Assembly (NCBI GenBank): GCA_963704355.1
Contig: OY969891.1
Location: forward strand, 495,475 to 559,474
Reading direction: 5' to 3'
DNA: 64,000 nt
Source: an uncultured Acidimicrobiaceae bacterium
Lineage (GTDB): Bacteria; Actinomycetota; Acidimicrobiia; Acidimicrobiales; RAAP-2
The notes below the pieces were generated by a model. It ran no database searches. It saw only the letters and a list, made by a program, of their open reading frames with translations, and had not been told where the DNA came from. How positions within the stretch are numbered: position 1 is the stretch's first letter; each line of letters begins with the position of its first letter. The translations under genes and the position numbers were made by a program. This document shows positions 19,724 through 27,951 of this stretch, piece after piece.

Positions 19724-20071
19724 TCAGCCCGCCCCGACCCGGCGGTTGTCGTCGAGCGTCCGGAAGTCGATCCCGCGCTGGCGGAGGAGTCGCTCGAGGC
19801 GGGCGCGCTCGATCAAGGGGTTGACGAACCGCGTCGGGTCGCTGTCGATCCCCATCGCCACGCAGAGCCGGATCAGCATCCGGTCGTGATCGAGCTCCAG
19901 CGCCAGGTCCTCGGCCATGACATGGCCCTGGTCCACTCCGTGGCCGTGCAGCCTGCGCCGGCACTGGAGCAAGATCACGACGAGCTCGTCACGCGACGTG
20001 GGCAGTTCTACGGGATCCATGTCCGCGCACAAACCGCTGAGCAACTCGCTGTACATCGACATGGCACTCAC
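19724..20071 (-). CDS. hypothetical protein (115 aa, helical, no recognisable motif)
   Basis: This ORF fills the gap cleanly and its amino-acid composition looks like real coding sequence. I recognise no family. Confidence 0.45.
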   Translation of the reverse strand: MSAMSMYSELLSGLCADMDPVELPTSRDELVVILLQCRRRLHGHGVDQGHVMAEDLALELDHDRMLIRLCVAMGIDSDPTRFVNPLIERARLERLLRQRGIDFRTLDDNRRVGAG

Positions 20072-20389
20072 AGCGTGCGCGCGTCGGGGCGCGTCCGACC
20101 AGAGCCGATACTCCTGAATTCACTCGGGTAATTACTCCCTACTCGCGTCACGCCCCCCGAACGAACGTTGGGCGAGGTGATCTCCGCAACCCGTCCGGGA
20201 GCGCGCGCACGGGCCGTGTGAACTGGGAAGAAAGCTCAACGGCGGGGGATAAACTGCCGAGACCCGTGCAGAACGGGAAGCCGCAGGATTCGGGGGAACG
20301 TAAGACGGCCTGGAGGGGCGCCGTACGAAAGTACGACGAGAGTTGGGCGGCCGTGCCGGACGCCGCGCCGTCGACCCGCTGCCGACCCC

Positions 20390-20575
20390 GTGATCGAACT
20401 CGTCGACGGGCGCTTCGAGCTCGTGACGCGCATCAAGCGCGGCAACGGCATCGACACCTACGCCGGCATCGACCACCTGCAAGCGTCCGACGTGATCGTC
20501 AAGGCGATCGAGACGACGAGCATGCCGACCAACGTCTACCTGCGTCTGGAGCACGAAGCGCGCCTCCTCGAGCGC
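20390..20575 (+). pseudogene. remnant of a protein-kinase-like N-lobe (first ~60 codons only)
   Basis: VDGRFELVTRIKRGNGIDTYAGIDHLQASDVIVKAIE..LRLEHEARLLERV resembles kinase subdomains I-III (Gly-loop, VxxK, alphaC Glu). It then degenerates into Arg/Pro/Gly-rich text, and no later kinase motifs appear in any frame. Confidence 0.35.
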
Positions 20576-20806
20576 GTGTGCCCCAGGCTGCCGACGTCGT
20601 CACGGCGTGGCTGCAGGGCCTGGGCGCCGAGCCGGCCGGCGGCCGGCGGGGCGCAGCCGCGGACTCGTGAGGACGTCGGCCCGAGCGACGGGAGCGCCGA
20701 CCACGGCGGAGGCGGGATCCGCCCCCGGTCCGGGTCCCGGGCCACGAGTACAGTGCCGTTGGTCGCTGGGGATGCCCCGCACCGCGTCGGGACGTCACGG
20801 GACGAC

Positions 20807-21349
20807 ATGGGGGCCTCAGTGGATGCCAGACCCGTAGCGAAGACGACTTTCGAGGTGCTGCCGGGACGATCGGCCGTCCTTGTGAAGGCTCGCTCCAACG
20901 TCGGCCCGATCTCCTTCGCCACCAGTGAGGTGAGCGGCGACATCGCGGCCGAGGTCACGGGCGGCGCCATCGACCTGAGCGCACCGATCGACGCCCGCCT
21001 CACGGTCTCGCTCCGCGGACTCACGTCGGGCAACTCGCTCTACGACACCGAGCTCAAGCGGCGCATCGATATCCGGCGCTACCCCGAGGCGATCCTCGAG
21101 CTCGAGCGGGTCACCCTCCTGGACGAGTCGAACCAGTTCGAGCTCACCGGCCGCATCACGCTCCACGCCGTCTCCCGGTCCTTGCGCGGCGAGGTCTCCG
21201 TGGAGGGGCTCGAACGCGACATGATGGTGATCCGGGGCCACCAGACGCTCGACATCAGGGAGTTCGACCTCGACGTGCCCACGACACTGGCGTTGAAGAT
21301 CTACCCCGAGGTCACGATCGAGATGCACATCGAGGCCCGGGCCCGGTGA
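20807..21349 (+). CDS. YceI-like domain protein
   Basis: ATG at 20807 lies in frame in ORF 20390..21349. Pattern FEVLPGRSAVLVKARS..L.GRITLHAVSRSL..IEMHIEA is typical of the YceI lipid/polyisoprenoid-binding fold. Confidence 0.65.
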   Translation: MGASVDARPVAKTTFEVLPGRSAVLVKARSNVGPISFATSEVSGDIAAEVTGGAIDLSAPIDARLTVSLRGLTSGNSLYDTELKRRIDIRRYPEAILELERVTLLDESNQFELTGRITLHAVSRSLRGEVSVEGLERDMMVIRGHQTLDIREFDLDVPTTLALKIYPEVTIEMHIEARAR

Positions 21350-21394
21350 CAGCCGCGACCGGCGGACCCGACGAGCACGACAGGGAGGAGGAGC

Positions 21395-21667
21395 GTGGGA
21401 CTGGTCCTGGCGTTCATCGCCGGCTACGTCATCGGCGCACGTGACGGCAGCGAGGCTCTTGACGAGGTGATCGACGCGGCGAAGGCCGTTGCCGCCTCCC
21501 AGGAGTTCGAGGACCTGGTCAAGGCGCTGCGGGCCCACGTGGGGCACGTGCTCCAGGAGGTGGGCCAGCGCATCGACCCCTCCTCGGGCGAGCCCGTGTC
21601 GATGAGCACGATCCTCGGGCGGGCCCGGGACATCGTGCAGCGGGGCGCTACAGGGACCGAATCCTGA
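21395..21667 (+). CDS. hypothetical small protein (90 aa)
   Basis: Compact ORF with a short hydrophobic N-terminus (GLVLAFIAGYVIGA) and an acidic helical remainder. No family recognised. Confidence 0.45.
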   Translation: MGLVLAFIAGYVIGARDGSEALDEVIDAAKAVAASQEFEDLVKALRAHVGHVLQEVGQRIDPSSGEPVSMSTILGRARDIVQRGATGTES

Positions 21668-21749
21668 GGTAGCGCGCGACGTCGGGGAGTGACCGCACGG
21701 CGAGCGCAGTCACCCCGACGATCACGACCCAGCGGATGAGGCGGAACAT
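21648..21749 (-). CDS. small membrane protein (33 aa), DUF6893-like
   Basis: MFRLIRWVVIVGVTALAVRSLPDVARYLRIRSL has one TM helix plus a SLPD-x-x-RYLR-x-R tail, as in small actinobacterial proteins I recall as DUF6893. It lies 5 nt downstream of the GGDEF gene. Confidence 0.45.
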   Translation of the reverse strand: MFRLIRWVVIVGVTALAVRSLPDVARYLRIRSL

Positions 21750-21753
21750 GCGG

Positions 21754-22455
21754 TCAGCGGTTGCCGACCCGGGTCGAGCGGTCGGCGCGTGTGAGGACGT
21801 CCTCGGCCGACTCGGAGTCCACGGCCTGCGCGACACCGATCGCCGCGTGCAAGCGCACCGGCCGGCCTCCGACGACGACGGGATCGTCGAGCGTGTGCTG
21901 GAGGCGCCGCGTCAGCGGGCCTACCGCCTGCTCGTCGTTCACCGCGACCACGACAACGAGCTCACCGCCGCCGACGCGCCCGACGGTGTCCTCGGTGCGC
22001 AGGACCGAAGTCAGACGCCGCGCCATCTCGCACAGGACGGTGTTGCCGGTGGTGTAGCCGAGCTCGAGGTTGATCTCGCCCAGGTTGTCGAGATCGATGT
22101 GGCAGACGACCACCTCGCCGCCGTGCCGGCGCCGGCGCGCCAGCGCCTGGGTGAGGCGGTCGAGCAGGAGCAACTGGTTGGCCAGGCCGGTGTGCGGATC
22201 CGACATGGAGAGCTGCCACAGCTGGTCGTACTTGCCGGCGCGCGGCGTGCGCCCGGGCGGCTGCGCGTCGGCGCCTCCAGAACTGAACTCCTGGAGCATC
22301 GACTCCACGCTCCTCGGGGTGCCCCCGGTCTTGGCGTCGCCCGGTGAGATCTCGGAGCCGTGCTGGCCGCCGCCGGCGTCGTCGCGGGCGCGGCCTCGGG
22401 CGGTGCCCTCGCCGAACGCGTCCTTGCCGAACAGCTTCTTCTTGGCCTTCTTCAC
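21754..22455 (-). CDS. GGDEF-domain protein with degenerate active site (GGGEL) and retained RxxD I-site
   Basis: DPHTGLAN.., DLDNLGEINLELGYTTGNTVL and RTEDTVGRVGGGELVVVV align with DxLTGLxNR, DxDxFKxxNDxxGHxxGD and RxxDxxxRxGGDEF. Confidence 0.75.
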   Translation of the reverse strand: MKKAKKKLFGKDAFGEGTARGRARDDAGGGQHGSEISPGDAKTGGTPRSVESMLQEFSSGGADAQPPGRTPRAGKYDQLWQLSMSDPHTGLANQLLLLDRLTQALARRRRHGGEVVVCHIDLDNLGEINLELGYTTGNTVLCEMARRLTSVLRTEDTVGRVGGGELVVVVAVNDEQAVGPLTRRLQHTLDDPVVVGGRPVRLHAAIGVAQAVDSESAEDVLTRADRSTRVGNR

Positions 22456-22934
22456 TGCCCCCCTCCAATACCTTTCATTCCCACTGTTACCGGATCGCTG
22501 CCCGAGCTAACAGAGCAATAAGTCATGACGTAGGCCTCTGGGCGGATGGCGCCACCCGACTGGCGCACATACCCGCAGGCCACGGTAGGCAAGAGCTTAC
22601 TCCTGCGGTGCCCGGAGAGCCCTGGTGGCGGGTGCTCCGCCACCGTCCCGCCACCAGCTTGCACCGGGGCGTGCGCGCCCTCGTCACCCACGGCGCGCCA
22701 CGATGCGACCGACCCCCTCGAAGGGGCAGAGGGGCCGCGCGCTAACGTCGGTTTTGCAACCTGCGAGCCCAGAGCCCCTCCATCTCGCTGGGGACCTCTG
22801 CTGGGCCGCTGGGCCGTCAGGGCTCTGCGCCTTGCACTTCGGCCACGCCTACGAGTCCGGATACCAGCCATCTCACGTCACGCCAGCAGGAGCACCAGCA
22901 GGCACGAGCCCGGGTACCCGCCCGCCCCCCGTCG

Positions 22935-24116
22935 GTGAGCGCGCCCGCGCCCACGGCGCGCATGGTGGTCGACGGGGATGCGATGGTGGCGCTGGTGGCC
23001 GAGGTCGCGGGCGAGGAGTACTACGGCTTCGACACCGAGTTCCACACCGAGCGGACCTACGTCCCGGACCTGGCGCTGATCCAGATCGCCTGGGCCGACC
23101 AGGTCGCGCTCGTCGACCCCTTGGCCGTGGACCCCGCGCCACTGGCCGAGGTGTTCGGCGGACCGGGCATTGCGGTGGCGCACGCGGCATCGCAGGATCT
23201 CGACGTGCTCATGGCGGCGTGCGGCGCCGTGCCCGCCACTGTCTTCGACACCCAGATCGTGGCGGGGTTCCTCGGGATGTCGACACCGTCGCTGGCGCGC
23301 CTCGTCGACGCGGTCTTGGGCATGTCGCTCCCGAAGGCCGACCGCCTGTCCGATTGGCTGGAGCGGCCGATCTCGGAGCGCCAGGTCGACTACGCGGTGA
23401 GCGACGTGGCCCACCTGCTCCAGCTCCGGTCCACCCTGACCGACCGGCTGCGCGCGCTGGGCCGGCTCGAGTGGGCGCTGAGCGAGTGCGACCAGGTGCT
23501 CGGCGACCGCACCCCGGTGCGCGTCCCCGAAGAGGCGTGGTGGAAGCTCGGCGACATCCGTGGCATGTCGCGCCGCTCGCGCGCCGTGGCGCAGGAGGTG
23601 GCGGCCTGGCGCGAGCGCACCGCTGCGGCGACGAACCGGCCGCGGCGCCAGGTCCTCTCGGACCTCGGGCTGCTCGCCATCTCCCAGCGCCCGCCACAGA
23701 GCGCGGACGAGCTGCGGCGCACCCGCGGCGTCGACGGCCGCCACCTGGCTCAGGGGCGGGCGGCCGAGATCCTCCGGGCCATCCGCCGCGGGCTCGACCT
23801 GCCGGCGGACCAGATCCGCATGCCGTCGGCGGGGCGCGAGGCCCAGGCGCCGGCGGCCGCCGTCGCCGTGTGTACCGGCGTGGTGCGCCAGATCGCCGAC
23901 GACCTGGACTTCGACCAGGGCCTCCTCGCCACGCGAGCCGACATCGGCCAGCTCCTGTGCGACGATCCGAGCCGGCTCGATACGGGTTGGCGCCGCACCA
24001 TTGTGGGCGACCCGCTGCGCCGCCTCATCGCCGGCCAGGTCGCGGTGGCGTTCGACCGCAGGGGCCACCTCGTCGTCGAGGAACGTTCCGGCCCGGCCGG
24101 GACGAGCCGGGCTTAG
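22935..24116 (+). CDS. rnd: ribonuclease D (DEDD 3'-5' exonuclease plus HRDC)
   Basis: YGFDTEFHTERTY..LIQI..AHAASQDL..DYAVSDVAHL matches DEDDy ExoI-III motifs. ~390 aa with an HRDC-like C-terminal half. The start could instead be ATG 22962. Confidence 0.85.
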   Translation: MSAPAPTARMVVDGDAMVALVAEVAGEEYYGFDTEFHTERTYVPDLALIQIAWADQVALVDPLAVDPAPLAEVFGGPGIAVAHAASQDLDVLMAACGAVPATVFDTQIVAGFLGMSTPSLARLVDAVLGMSLPKADRLSDWLERPISERQVDYAVSDVAHLLQLRSTLTDRLRALGRLEWALSECDQVLGDRTPVRVPEEAWWKLGDIRGMSRRSRAVAQEVAAWRERTAAATNRPRRQVLSDLGLLAISQRPPQSADELRRTRGVDGRHLAQGRAAEILRAIRRGLDLPADQIRMPSAGREAQAPAAAVAVCTGVVRQIADDLDFDQGLLATRADIGQLLCDDPSRLDTGWRRTIVGDPLRRLIAGQVAVAFDRRGHLVVEERSGPAGTSRA

Positions 24117-25660
24117 TTCACCGACTTCTGGCGGCCCGCCCAGTAGGGCTGGCGCAGCTTGTACTTCTGCAGCTTCCCTGTCGCCGTGCGATCCAGGGCG
24201 TCGCGGAACTCGACGCTCGTCGGTGCCTTGAAGTGCGCCAGACGGTCGCGGCAGTGCGCGATGAGCTCGGCCGCGTTCGTCGTCGTGCCCTCGCGCACCA
24301 CGACGAGTGCCTTGATCGTCTCGCCCCACTTCTCGTCGGGCACGCCGATGACGGCCACCTCGGCCACCGCCGCGTGCTGGTACAGGCAGTCCTCCACCTC
24401 GATCGACGAGACGTTCTCGCCGCCGGTGATGATGACGTCCTTCTTGCGGTCCGCGATCACGGTGTAGGCGCCGTCGAGGTAGCCGCCGTCGCCGGTGTGG
24501 AACCAGCCGCCCTCGAGCGCCTTGGCGGTCTCGTCGGGCTGCTCCCAGTAGCCGGCGAACACGTGGTTGGACTGCGCCAGCACCTCGCCGTCGGTGTCGA
24601 TGGCGATGCGCACGCCCAGGGCAGGCACTCCGGCCCGGCTGAGCAACTGGGCGCGCTCCCCCGCCGCCAGGTCGTCCCAGTCCGCCGGCGCCCGGTTGAC
24701 GGTGAGGAGCGGCGCCGTCTCGGTGAGGCCGTAGATCTGGATGAACTCCCACCCCAGCTCGGTCTCGACGCGCTCGATCGTCTTGGAGGGAGGCGGCGCG
24801 CCGGCGACGACCATGCGCACGGTCCCGCGCCCGGGCACGGCGCGCCCCTCGGCCGCCCGCGCCTCGGCCGCGCCGAGGATGGCGGCGACCACCGCGGGCG
24901 CGCCGCACAGCAGGGTGACCCCGTGCCGCTCGATGCGCGACAGGATCTCCTCCCCGTCCACCTTGCGCAGCACGACGTGGGTGCCGCCCATGCCGGTGAC
25001 GGCGTAGGGCATCCCCCACCCGTTGCAGTGGAACATCGGCAACGTGTGCAGCAGCACGTCGCAGTCGCTCACTCCGGTGTGCCAGCCGAACATGGCCGCG
25101 TTGAGCCAGCAGTTGCGGTGCGTCAGCTGCACGCCCTTGGGGCGGGCGGTGGTGCCCGAGGTGTAGTTGACCGAGCACGTCGCGTCCTCGTCCGCCTCCC
25201 AGGCCGCCGGGACCGCGTCCTCCGGGGCCGGCGCGAACAGCGCGGCGTCAGCTTGTCCGTCCAGGCGGAAGGTGTGGGCGACCTTGATGCGCTCCACCTC
25301 GTCGGTGAGATCCGGGTCGTACAGGAGGACGGACGCTCCGGAGTGCTCAACCACGTACGCGATCTCGTCGCTCGTGAGGCGGAAGTTGATCGGCACCAGG
25401 ATGCGGCCGTACCCGCTGACCCCGAAGAACGACGTGAGGAAGCGGCCCGAGTTGGGGCTGACGATCGCCACACGCTCGCCGTGCTCGACGCCGAGGTCGT
25501 CCAGTGCGAGCGCCATGCCCCGGGCCCGGGACGCCACCTCCGCGTACGTCAACGTGCCGGTCGACCCCGCGACCCCCGGTTCGTCCACCACCGCCGGCCG
25601 TTGCCCGTAGACGAGCGCGGCGCGGTCAAGAAAGTCGGCCACCGTCAGCGCGACCCGCAT
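24113..25660 (-). CDS. AMP-dependent acyl-CoA synthetase/ligase
   Basis: AMP-binding motif YTSGTTARPKGV, then TGDGGYLD and a C-terminal GKLQKYKLR. Confidence 0.9.
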   Translation of the reverse strand: MRVALTVADFLDRAALVYGQRPAVVDEPGVAGSTGTLTYAEVASRARGMALALDDLGVEHGERVAIVSPNSGRFLTSFFGVSGYGRILVPINFRLTSDEIAYVVEHSGASVLLYDPDLTDEVERIKVAHTFRLDGQADAALFAPAPEDAVPAAWEADEDATCSVNYTSGTTARPKGVQLTHRNCWLNAAMFGWHTGVSDCDVLLHTLPMFHCNGWGMPYAVTGMGGTHVVLRKVDGEEILSRIERHGVTLLCGAPAVVAAILGAAEARAAEGRAVPGRGTVRMVVAGAPPPSKTIERVETELGWEFIQIYGLTETAPLLTVNRAPADWDDLAAGERAQLLSRAGVPALGVRIAIDTDGEVLAQSNHVFAGYWEQPDETAKALEGGWFHTGDGGYLDGAYTVIADRKKDVIITGGENVSSIEVEDCLYQHAAVAEVAVIGVPDEKWGETIKALVVVREGTTTNAAELIAHCRDRLAHFKAPTSVEFRDALDRTATGKLQKYKLRQPYWAGRQKSVN

Positions 25661-25753
25661 GCCACCCCCGATCTCTGCTGCTTGTCCTGCCCCCTCGGGG
25701 CGACCCTATCGGACCGCGCCGGCGCCGCCCGGATGGGACCGACCGGCGGCGAG

Positions 25754-26734
25754 TCAGAAGTGGCCGAGGACCGGGTGGGGCACGTAGGGCTTCTCGAGTT
25801 GCTCGACCTCGTCGGCCGACAGGGTCAGCTTCTCGGCCTCGAGCGCGTCCTTCAGGTGCTTCTTCTTGGTCGCGCCCACAATGGGGGCGGTAACGCCGGG
25901 TTTGGAGAGCAACCAGGCCAGCGCGACCTGGGGCGTGGACACCCCCCGCGCCGCGGCGACCGCGTTGGCGGCGTCGACCACGTCGAAGTCGGTCGGCTGG
26001 TCGTAGAGGTAGTCGGCGAAGGGGTCAGTGCCCGAACGGGTGGTATGCCGGCCGCCGTCGCGCGTCCGGTTCCCGGCCAGCATGCCCCGGGCCAACGGGC
26101 TCCAGGGGATACACCCGACGCCCTGGTCCAGGCAGAGCGGGATCATCTCGCGCTCCTCCTCGCGGTAGACGAGGTTGTAGTGGTTCTGCATGGAGACGAA
26201 CTTCGTCCACCCGTGCATCTCCGCGACGTACTGCGCCTTGGCGAACTGCCAGGAGAACATGCTGCTGGCACCGATGTAGCGCGCCTTGCCCGACCGGACG
26301 ACCTCGTGCAGCGCCTCCATCGTCTCCTCAATAGGCGTCCGGGGGTCCCAACGGTGGATCTGGTAGAGGTCGACGTAGTCCATCTTGAGTCGGTGCAGCG
26401 AGGCGTCGATGGCCGACATCACGTGCTTGCGCCCCAGTCCGCTCCCGTTCTCACCGGGCGTGACCGGCATGAACACCTTGGTGGCGATCACCGCCTCGTC
26501 CCGGGTCAGGTACTTCGGCACCAGGCGGCCCGTGGCGACTTCGCTCGCCCCGCCTGAGTAGGTGTCGGCGGTGTCGAAGAAGATGACGCCGCCCTCGACG
26601 GCCGCCCGGACGATGGGCTCGGCGGCGTCCTCGTCGATCACCCACGGTCGCTCGCTGTCGTTGCCGAATCCCATCATGCCGAGACAGATCCTCGACACGC
26701 GCAGGCCGGACGATCCCAGGTTCGTGTAGTTCAT
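25754..26734 (-). CDS. aldo/keto reductase
   Basis: ATG at 26734 (MNYTNLGSSGLRVSRICLGMMGFG). AKR pattern FFDTADTYS..DLYQIHRWD..GASS. 327 aa. Confidence 0.9.
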   Translation of the reverse strand: MNYTNLGSSGLRVSRICLGMMGFGNDSERPWVIDEDAAEPIVRAAVEGGVIFFDTADTYSGGASEVATGRLVPKYLTRDEAVIATKVFMPVTPGENGSGLGRKHVMSAIDASLHRLKMDYVDLYQIHRWDPRTPIEETMEALHEVVRSGKARYIGASSMFSWQFAKAQYVAEMHGWTKFVSMQNHYNLVYREEEREMIPLCLDQGVGCIPWSPLARGMLAGNRTRDGGRHTTRSGTDPFADYLYDQPTDFDVVDAANAVAAARGVSTPQVALAWLLSKPGVTAPIVGATKKKHLKDALEAEKLTLSADEVEQLEKPYVPHPVLGHF

Positions 26735-26870
26735 GGTTGACCTCGCTCTGGCTGCTTTCCCGCACGGCTTATCAGATGGCGGCCCGTGGCTGTTCGCCCG
26801 GGAGGAGAGGTCGCCGCCCGCGATGTGGCCGGCACCCGCAGTTGGTGCAGGCCGGTGCGGCGGAGTTGGC

Positions 26871-27716
26871 TCAGAGCGTGTGGCCGCCCGAGGAGGGCGC
26901 GTCGTCGTGGCCGCCGCCGTGACCGCCCCCACCGTTGCCGTACCCGTTGTCGCCTTGGCCGCCGTTCCCGTCGTTGCCACCGTTGCCACCGTCGCCACCG
27001 GCGCCACCGGCGCCGCCGCCCCCGTAGCCGTTGTCGTGGCCGCCGTTCCCGTTCCCGTTGTCATGGCCGCCGTTGCCGTTCCCGTTGCCGTTCCCGTTGC
27101 CGTTCCCGTTGCCACCGGAGCGGCCGCCGCCTCCGGTCCCCCCGCCCGAAGAGATGGGGCCCGGCTGGGTCGTGGTCGTGGCGATCGGCCCGGGCGGTGG
27201 TGTGATGCTTGGAGGCGGCGCCGTGGTGGGCGTGCTGACGCTGAGGTTGGTCAGCGTGGCCGGGGCGATCACGCCCGCCCCTGCCGCAGGCACGCTGGGA
27301 CGGGCCGTCGCGGTCAAGACGCCGGTCGAGGCCGTCGTCACGGCGGGAGGCTCACTCGCCGGTGCCCCCGCGCTGGCCGAACCGATTCCCGAGACCGACG
27401 GTGCGGCCGGAATGGGGAAGTACGGGACGCTCGAGGGCGCCGCGGCAGGTTGTGCCGTGCTCAACGGCAGCCCCGAGGGCCCGGCGCCGACCGCGACGAG
27501 GGCCGCCACGATCGATACTGCCGCCGCGGCGGCGCTCAGGGAGGCGATGGCGCGGTCCCGGAGCGAATGCGCCCGGGAGAGGCCCGCTGTGGCGGCAGCG
27601 GCAGCAGCAGCAGCAGCCGCCGGCGGTGCCACCTCGTCGGGCAGGTGCCCGAAGCCTGGCGACGCAAAGACGTCTTCCAGGGTCGCGTAGTCATGAGCCT
27701 CGGCCCAGTCGGACAC
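26871..27716 (-). CDS. single-pass membrane protein with Gly/Asn/His/Asp-rich extracytoplasmic tail (paralog of 27952..28785)
   Basis: N-terminal TLEDVFASPGFGH motif, TM helix (AIASLSAAAAAVSIVAALVAVGA), a Pro/Ala/Thr-rich spacer, then (GN)n and GHD repeats. Confidence 0.6.
   Translation of the reverse strand: MSDWAEAHDYATLEDVFASPGFGHLPDEVAPPAAAAAAAAAATAGLSRAHSLRDRAIASLSAAAAAVSIVAALVAVGAGPSGLPLSTAQPAAAPSSVPYFPIPAAPSVSGIGSASAGAPASEPPAVTTASTGVLTATARPSVPAAGAGVIAPATLTNLSVSTPTTAPPPSITPPPGPIATTTTQPGPISSGGGTGGGGRSGGNGNGNGNGNGNGNGGHDNGNGNGGHDNGYGGGGAGGAGGDGGNGGNDGNGGQGDNGYGNGGGGHGGGHDDAPSSGGHTL
27069..27113. repeat. tandem 12-nt repeat (gttgccgttccc, about 3.5 copies) encoding (Asn-Gly)7
   Basis: Read directly: gcc gtt gcc gtt ccc gtt gcc gtt ccc gtt gcc gtt ccc gtt. 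It lies inside the 26871..27716 CDS, and similar degenerate units flank it. Confidence 0.85.
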
Positions 27717-27951
27717 TGCCCCTCCCTTGTTCTCCTCCGCGGGAACCGTCCGTGTGTAGGGGCCTTCCCGGAGCCCTGACCTCCGGAATTAGGTGCTACC
27801 CCCTCAAAATCACCTTATATCTGTCGGCCCGACCAGGGTAGAAAGAGAAGAAAATCCGGCACAGAAAAGGTCCAAACGGTTGTTTGGCCTCGACATTTCC
27901 GAGACGCAGGCGGAATCGGCGCACCAAACCTGCAGCCTTGGGCTCGTGTTG

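Noticed and set aside
20100-20390. Possible riboswitch or structured leader upstream of the kinase-like remnant, including a CCGTAC-GAAA-GTACG GNRA hairpin and a TCGGGGGAACG segment faintly reminiscent of ydaO-type elements
   Set aside because: I could not align it to any riboswitch consensus I know (cobalamin, TPP, SAM, FMN, glycine, c-di-GMP, ydaO). A single hairpin is insufficient evidence, and only an Rfam covariance-model scan could revive this.
22625-26557. 1310-aa ORF on the + strand, the longest in the track
   Set aside because: The text is Arg/Gly/Pro/Ala-rich with no domain logic. It overlaps rnd in another frame and is antisense to the well-supported acyl-CoA ligase and aldo/keto reductase genes. 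This is a typical stop-free shadow frame in high-GC DNA.
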